Source: Ginglymostoma cirratum
Taxonomy: Eukaryota
Direction of reading: 5' to 3'
Length of the DNA stretch: 64,000 bases
Assembly (NCBI GenBank): GCA_024137785.1
Contig: JAHRHZ010000222.1
Coordinates: forward strand, 31,047,996-31,111,995
Made by a program: the position numbers and the translations under genes. The notes below the pieces were generated by a model, which saw nothing but the letters and a program-made list of their open reading frames with translations, did not search any database and was not told where the DNA came from. Shown here in pieces: positions 52,301 through 61,300 of the stretch (within the stretch, counting starts at the first letter, position 1; every line of letters starts with the position of its first letter).

Positions 52301-55300
52301 ATTGTAGTGATTGTAATGAGGTCAGCCAGGTAGACCCATAGAATCTGAGCTCCATGATTGGAGCTGTTAATCTGGTCCATTCAGGGAGCCCTGGCTGACA
52401 GATATAAACAGGAGTGTCAGAGGTTCTGTTCACTCTGACAGCTGGATCAGTGTCAAGGGCTCTCCACATGTAAGTAAAGGGTGACTTGGTGGTGGGGTAC
52501 TGGCCTCTGTGGAGTTATTTCAATAGTTTTAGAGGAGGCAATGGCCTGATGGTATTATCTCCGGACTGTTAATCTGGAGACTTGGGTAATGTTTTGGGGA
52601 CCTGGGTTCAAATCCCAGAATGGCAGACAGTGGAAATTTGAATTCAATAAAACCCTGAAATTATGAGTCTAATGATGTCAATTGTTGGAAAAACTCATCT
52701 GGTTAACTAATATGATCCTTACCTGGTCTGGCTTGCATATGATTCCAGATCCACAGCAATACGGTTGACTCTTAACTGCCCTCTGGGCAATTAGGGATGG
52801 GCAATGAATGTTGGCCTTGCCAGTGATGCCCACATTGCATTAATGAACAAAGGAAAAAATAACTTTTAAACATGTAACTGTGTTATGGTGTCTTTTCTAG
52901 TAAAGAATGTGAACTGGTTGTGAGATGGTGTTGTTGGTGAAGGCTTGTCTCATTGTGGTGAGATCCAGCCATGAAAGAAAGAAGACAGTTTCTGGGCTAA
53001 CAAGGCCATTGTAATTAATACACAACCTACATGGAAATGTCAGGCCATGTCCCTGAAATGGAGATTTGACATAGATACCTTGTTGGATACACTGGAGCAG
53101 AGGAGACTGAGGGTGGCACGATTGAGATTATAAAATTATGGAGTCATAGGCAGGGTAGACAGGAAGGAGCATTTATCCTTGGTGGAGCGATCAATGACTG
53201 TGGCATAGATTTAAGGTAAGGGGCACAATGTTTAGATGGAATGTGAAGAAATTCTCTTTCACTCAGAGAGTGGTGGGAATCTGGAACTCATTGCCTGTAA
53301 GGTGGTAGAGGCAGAAACCCTCATTATTTGAGAAGTATTTAAATGTGCACTTGCAATGCAAGGCACGGTAGGTTATAGGCCAAGTGCTGGAAAATGGGAT
53401 TAGAAAAGTTAGGTGCTTGTTTTTGACCAATGCAGACGCCATAGGCCAACGTGCCTTTTTCTGTGCTCTAGACCTCTATGAAGCTAAAATCACACTCATT
53501 GTTAACATAATTCTGGAAGACAAGCCATACGGAGAGCAGGATATGACAACATGAAGGTGGTCCCAGCACAGCCAGGGTGGGGTTAACACTAGAATCCGAT
53601 AACCCAATTCAAGTCCTTGCCTTATTTGGTATGGGGCAGGGTCAGAAATGCATAGGAAGTCAGACCAAAAAAGTCAGCTTTGTTAACCAGGAACTGGGCT
53701 CTCCAAAAGAGGAAGAACAAAGAACAATACTGCACAAGAACAGAACTCTTGGCCCTCCAAGCCTACACTGACACATTTTGCCCTCCCATACTAAAACTGT
53801 ATTTGCTTATATGATCCATATCCCTCTATTCCCTTCCTATTCATATATCCATTCATGTGTTTCTTGAATGCTGCTATTTTGTCTGTTTCCACCACTTCCT
53901 CTGGCAGCGCATTCCAGGCACTCCCCACCCTTTGTGTGGAAAACTTGCCTCACACATCTCACTCCCCCCACTTGCACCTTGAACCTCTGTTCCCTAGTAA
54001 TTGACCCCTCCACCCTGGGAAAAAGCCTCACACTTTCCACTTTATTTATGCCATTCGCAACCTTATAAACTTTTATCAGGTCGCCCCCTCAACCTCCTGC
54101 ATTCCAGTGAAAATAAAACCCAGTCTATACAACCTTTCTTTATAGCTAAAATCCCCCATATTAAGCAACATCCTGGTAAAGCTTTTCTGCGCCCTCTCCA
54201 AAGCATCCATATCCTTCTGGCAGTGTGATGACCAGAACTATATGCAGCATCCCAAGCGTGGCCTAACTAAAGTTCTATAAAGCAGCAGTATAACTTGCTT
54301 TATGGCACGTAGGGTGGCTGATCATCCACCATAAAGATATGCCAGGAGTTCATGGAGCATGGAGCACTGACCACCTGAGATGAAGCCTAGCCTACAAGGA
54401 TCATAAGTAACTGGTATCTGGGACATTGCAAGTTTATATAAATTTACATACTATAGCTTACAGATTGATTGAAGGTGTTCTCCATAAGTGGAACAGTATC
54501 TAGTTTTGTATGCCATTTCAATTTCTACAGTGAAACGTGCAAAAATGTGTCTTATAACTGGGTCCCTTTCTCTTATACCTTCAACAAATCTAAATGGTTG
54601 ACTACTGTCAATCCCAATGGACAAAAATTGAGTTCTCTTCTGAAATTCAGGGTTGAAGCAATGAACACCCAGACTTTAAAGCTGGGTTCAGAACCCTATA
54701 TGTGGATATTTTCCAGGTCTCATCCCTGCAATCCTGCTCCCATCAGCTTATTTTTAAATGCAAATGCCCTAATTGGGCAGGAGATGTGCTCAATGTCTCT
54801 ACTAGGTGGGAAGAGCCAGCCTGGTACCGGCAGTCAGGCTGAGATCTGTCATTGCCTAAACAGCAGACAGCTCCTTAGAGGGCTGGCTTGTGTTAATGGA
54901 AGGAAAGCGAGCCAAATAAAATTAATAAGCATGCCTCTGCCCCAAATGCCCTGCACAAACACTTTTCAGTCAATGTAAGTGCGTTTTCAGGTCTCTCACT
55001 GTGAACAGATAGCTGGGTACTAACATGCACCAGATTGTTCAGGTTCCCTGGACTCCCTTTTGAAAATGACAGTGTTACCCTCCCTAACTCTAAAGGAGCT
55101 TAATGAGCTGGTAATCTGGAGATGAGCTGACTTCAGTTTCCCACTTCTCTGTTCTCACTCTTAAAAATAGCAAGCTGTCCCAGAAGTGTCAGGATCCAGA
55201 GGGGAGCATGTGAACGTGATTTTAAAATCATTGCCATGCGGAGTCCTGATCCCACTGGGATTTGTAAAGTGAAAGTCAGCATAAAAACCCTCACCAGGAA

Positions 55301-58300
55301 TGTGTATTTGGATGATAAAAATAATTACAATTTACAGTACCAGGAACAGCAAGAAACAGTACTCTCTTTAAAATTGATCAATATTGTAAATTTTTCTATG
55401 TTACATCATTGAGACAGTATCACTCACATGATTGGTGAGGATCAAAACGGACCAACAGCACCCTTTTAGGCAAACTAGACATGGGCATTAAATACAGTCT
55501 TGCCAAATTCAATGCCGTTCCGAAAACCAAGCTCCAGGAAGACTAATAATTTACCTTGTCTTTTAATGCTGCAAAAAATAAATGTTCCAAAACAAACAGC
55601 TGTGGTGATCACACATGTTAGAAGAAAAGTGAGCAATGTTCCTGATCTTGTTCTTGGGTTGGATCCTAGGGGAATGCAAGACCAAATATGTGTTAGTAAT
55701 TATTCAATGCTGTTTGTCTGTGTTGGCTAAATCAAGACTGCGCTGGTCATAGAAAACAGAAATTTTCTCGCAGCGCAGCATTACACCTCACTAACTGTAA
55801 ATACCCTTTATGGGTAAATAAGGCAGTAACTCCTATTTTATTCACAATCTCTGGAGCAAACCTAAATGTTTGTAAGTCAAGTAGTCTTACTATAGTCCAT
55901 CTAGTATAATATATAATTCTTGAAATTTTTAACATGTATTTCAGAGGACACTCATTACTTCACAATAGAATTCTTTCAGCAAAAATAGAAATGTGAAATG
56001 TTAGACTGTTCAGCATCTGCACAGCCATTTAGATTGTGAGGTCAATATGAAAATAAGTACTTATTGAGCCAACATTTTACTCAGTCCTGCTCTGCACACA
56101 AGGTATATTGTGTCTGAAGTCTGTTTAGAAAATAATATTTTTCACCTTTTTACCCTCAAGATCTATGGCTGGCTTGCGTCAAAGCCTTTGTTTTACTGAT
56201 ATTAGGAGAGCAATTTGGTGATCAAAATAAAAGCCACATGTTGAGGAGTAGTACTATGACAATGAGGTGGAAAAGAATAGCTCTGAGAGCATTTAAAAAA
56301 AAATGTCATTTATAATTGTCAGGCAACACAGTAGCCCAGTGGTTGGCACTGCTGCCTCGCAGCAGCAGAGAACCAGGTTCAATCCCAGCCTTGGGTGTCT
56401 GTGTGGAGTTGCACATTCTCCCCGTGTCTGTGTGGGTTTCTGCTAGCTGCTCCAGTTTCCTCCCACAGATTCGTGGGTAAGGTGGTTTGGCCACGCTAAA
56501 TTGGCCCGTAGTGTCTAGGAATGTGCAGGGCAGTGGGTATGGGTGGGATACTCTTCAGAATATTGGTGCAGGCTTGTTGGGCCAGAAGTCCTCTTTCCAC
56601 TCTGTGGGGTTTCTATATTTAAACACGTAGGCATACAATAGAAGGGCTTGCTTTGGTTTATGTGTAAGATCCACGATCAAACTTGACAAAGGTTTTGAAA
56701 TAACAGAGGCTCCAAAGAGTAGTGCTCTTCTCTACACTGATACCATAGAGGGTAAGTCAATTTCATGCAGACTTTATTGATAAATCCCCTCAAATACACA
56801 CAAAAGTAATTGGGACTTGGGGCAAATAGAATAACAGCTGTCCATCCAACTTTTCATGGTGAAACTGAGAATTGAGACAGCAAATACTGCAAGTTGTCAA
56901 ATGGAAGCCGAGTTCTCATATTTCGAGGGTCCAATTCCTTCTATGATTGGCTTGCAGGGAGGCAAAAAGGTTACTCACAAGCTATTCAACCATAAATGGC
57001 ATGGTGGAGCCAAGTTATGGTCAGGAAGCGGATGTAAATATATTTACATATCTTGTGGAGAGTTGGATTCTTCTGTTCCTTGGTCAAAATATGGAGAGGA
57101 ACATTTTCCTTCCTTCAAGATTTTAAGGAGCATTTGGTATCTGCGTAGCACCTAGCAAAACCTGTGTTTTCAAATGCATATTGACAAAATAGTTGCTACC
57201 CTCATAAAGTGGGAGGAAGGAATTAAATTTCTTTGACATCAAAATTGCTCCAAGATGATGCATCGTAGAAATGGTCATAGAAATTCAGAACAAAGTTAGT
57301 TCTCTGCGACAGATATGTATTCTAGGATCTGAACAAAACAATACAAATTCCAGCCAAGACTCCAAATAAAAAAATATAGAATTTGCGTTACATTAGAATT
57401 TTAAAAAAGTGTTTCTTGCCATTTAGCAGGTAGCATTCTCCTTTAACTACTCACCCTTGATTGTCAAACTAACAACTTTCTCTAGAGGTGTCTTTAAAGC
57501 TTCATGAATAACTTTGCAGACATAAGAAGCTCCGTCATCCATTTGAACGCCTTTGATGATGAGGAATGAAAGCAGATTAAATGTCCCATCTTGATTTTGT
57601 TGAGGTGATCCTGTAACTGCTCTTGATGTGATGTCAAGTTGATTTCCACTGTCTTGTGAGCCACGTCTTAACCAAGAGATAGAATGATTTCCTGGATAAA
57701 AGCTTTTCATCTCGCAAATTATTGCTTTATCTTCACCAGGTTCAATTACAACATTTTCAGAGTTTACCAAAACTGAAGGAGGTGCTACAAGGACACAAGG
57801 AATAAGGATAAATATGTTATTTTTATTAGCTTTCTTTATTGATGTTACCTTAAAATACAATTTAACTATGTTAGCCAGTGTAGCCCCCCACAAACCTGTT
57901 CTCCTATTTAATTAATTCGTTGTTGATCTGTGATTAACACTAAATTTGTTCTGGGTCTCAAATGGCTCAATACTGTTGCTCAACAAAAGTCTAGCGATCT
58001 CAGACTCAAAGTTTACAATTTACTCAGCATCAATTACCGAGTGAGTTACAAATTTTTATCGTAATTTGCATGAAGAGGTACATCCTAATTTGTCTTCTGA
58101 ATAATCTAGCTCTGATTTTGGACAAAACTCCCTCTCCCACCCAGTCGAAATGACCTCTTCCCAGTGGTTATGAGTGTCCCATGACATCTTGAATTTTTGA
58201 AGAAATCACCCCTAACCATATGAATACAATTCTAGTTTGTATGATCTGTCTTTGTAATTTATTGCTTGCACCTCAGGTCTTCTGACAAATGCACACAACA

Positions 58301-61300
58301 CTCTCCCAAGACATCTGTTTTTCACTTACAGCAGATACTGATGATTGTGGATCAGTTTTGGGTTTAATTAAACTGTGGGTTTAACATCCATTCTTTATTT
58401 ATTTCAGTAATTAATTAGCAAGTGGAGAAGAAATTTTGTTTGCGGTAGGGGGAGGGGAGTTTTTGAAGCTTGCGAAATCCACATTGATACCATCGGGCTG
58501 CAGGGTTCCCAAGCTCAATGAGTTGCTGTTCCTGCAGCCTTCGGGTGGCATCGCTGTGGCACTGCAGGAGGCCCAGGATTGACATGTCGTCTGAGGAATG
58601 GAGGGGGAGTTGAAATGGTTCGCGACTGGGAGGTGCAGTTGTTTGTTGCGAACTGAGCGCAGGTGTTCCGCAAAGCGGTCCCCAAGCATCCGCTTGGTTT
58701 CCCTGATGTAGAGGGCGCCACAACGGGTACAGCGGATGCAGTCGACCACATTAGCAGATGTGCAGGTGAACATCTGCTTGATGTGGAAAGTCTTCTTGGG
58801 GCCTGGGATAGGGGTGAGGGAGGAGGTGTGGGGGCAGGTGTAGCACTTCCTGTGGTTGCAGGGAAAAGTGCCGGGTGTGGTGGGGCTGGAGGGGGGTGTG
58901 GAGCGGACAAGGGAGTCACGAAGAGAGTGGTCCCTCCGGAAAGAAGATAAGGGTGGGGAGGGAAAAATGTCTTTGGTGGTGGTGTCGGATTGCAGATGGC
59001 GGGGGTGTCGGAGGATGATGCGTTGGATCCGGAGGTTGGTGGGGTGGTACATGAGGACGAGGGGGATTCTTTTTTGGTTGTTATTGCGGGGACGGGGTGT
59101 GAGGGATGAGTTGTGGGAAATGCAGGAGACACGGTCGAGGGCGTTCTCGACCACTGCGGGGGGGGATGTTGCGGTCCTTTAAGAACGAGGACATCGGAGA
59201 TGGACGGGAGTGGAATGCCTCACCCTGGGAGCAGATGCAGCGGAGGTGAAGGAATTGGGAATAGGGGATGGCATTTTTGCAGGAAGGTGGGTGGGAGGAG
59301 GTGTATTCTAGGTAGCTGTAGGAGTCGGTGGGCTTGAAATGGATATCTGTTTCTAGGTGGTTACCCGAGATGGAGACAGAGGTCCAGGAAGGTGAGAGAG
59401 GTGTTAGAGATGGTCCAGGTGAACTTAAGGTTGGGGTGGAAGGTGTTGGTGAAGTGGATGAACTGTTCGAGCTCCTCGTGGGAGCACGAGGCAGTGCCGA
59501 TATAGTCATCAATGTAACGGAGGAAGAGGTGGGGTTTAGGGCCAGTGTAGGTACGGAAGAGGGATTGTTCCATGTAACCTACAAAGAGGCAGGCATAGCC
59601 CAGCTCATCCCCGCCTCCCTAACCTGTTCTTCCCCTCACCTGTCCCCTCCTCCCACCTCAAGCCGCACACCCATTTCCTACCTACTAACCTCATCCCGCC
59701 CCCTTGATCTGTCCGTCCTCCCTGGACTGACCTATGCCCTCACTACCTCCCCACCTACACTCACCTTTACTGGCTCCACCCCCGCCTCTTTGACTTGTCT
59801 GCCTCCTCTCCACCTATCCTCTCCTCTATTCGCCTCCCCCTCTCTCCCTATTTATTTCAGAACCCTCTCCCCCTCCCTCATTTCTGATGAAGGGTCTAGG
59901 CCTGAAACGTCAAGCTTTCCTGCTCCTATAATGCTGCTTGGCCTGCTGTGTTCATCCAGCCCTACACCTTGTTATCTCGGATTCTCCAGCATCTGCAGTT
60001 CCTATTATCTCTGAAGAAATTTTGTTTAATTTGTTCAACATTTCTGATGGAAGTTATCGACCTGAAATGTTAACTCCATTTCCTCCTTCACAGATACAGT
60101 CAAACTTGTAATTTACCAACATTCTCTATTTTTACTTCAAATTTCCAGCAGCTCCGGTGCTTTGTTTTAGTAAGGAGCATTCTTAAGTTGACAATTTTGA
60201 ACTTGGATAGTGAAATGTCAGGAAATTAGCTTTCAGTATTAAAGCTGTGTTCTGGACCAAATGTAATGGAAATGATGACAAAATCTGGAATATTGTATTC
60301 TGGAGAGCAGGATATTTTGACCTGTTGATTTATGTCCACTGGGTATGAAAATGCACTGATTAGTTAATTGATGGAAGGATGTGTAATTGTCCATCGGGGA
60401 TAGTAAATGCTTCACCCCAATAGTTCAGTTTGCTGAGTGAAAACAACATCAATCCAACTCACATCATTGTTTTTTTTTAAACTTTCAACTTGCAGGTCAC
60501 ATTAGAGTAGTTTTACAGATATTGCGCTATTGTAACAGCACCACGTAGCTAATTAAAATATCTACTCTATGGCTCAAAGAAGAAACACTGGTCTGTATTT
60601 TGTGGCAGCAACAAAACACCAGCATTCACCTTTGTCTTTGATGAAATTTACATATAAAGATCTACCTATTTCTATGGCAATTTCCTTTCCCAATGTCAGT
60701 TTTATTACTGGTACCAAGCCAAAAGGTCTCAAACCATTCAGCAACAGTGATGCATTAAGCAGAGTAAGCATACAGTCATATTGATGTATTTCAGAGACAG
60801 CATATCAGGAAGTAAAAAGAAGTGTTTTTTCAACTTCTGATTTCTAAAATATTCACACTACTTTGCCTGCTGTGAACAGCCAAATAGACATGTGTTTAAT
60901 ATAAGTCACCAGTTAGTGGGGCATATGGCCTATATCCCTACCATAACACTGGGCACTAAAATATTGACTATACTCGACCAGTTTGAGCTTGCAAAACTCA
61001 GAACATATTGTTCAGCATTAGATACGAAAATACAATTAGGGGGAGGGGGAGATAAGAGGAGGTGTCGGACAGCTGGTGTTCAGCCTCTGCAATGTAAAGG
61101 TCAGTCTGCCAGACAACAGCACCATTCGTCAGTAGGTTCAATTACAAAGTCACAGTTGGTACTGACTGCACAGTGCAGACAGTTAAGAGGGAGATAGGTT
61201 CAAATCGACAAAGGTTGGGAGGGGTGGTGGTGTAGGGGATGGAAAAATTAACATGACCAATGTCATGTCTGTAGTTCTCAACGAACAGTTCAAGTGCAGG

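Noticed and set aside
54469-54978. 169-aa plus-strand ORF
   Set aside because: Non-ATG start, no recognisable motif, antisense within an intron; consistent with chance.
60574-60771. 65-aa minus-strand ORF considered as the missing V exon or leader
   Set aside because: No Ig motifs or fitting splice sites. The V exon end lies at 63965-64000.
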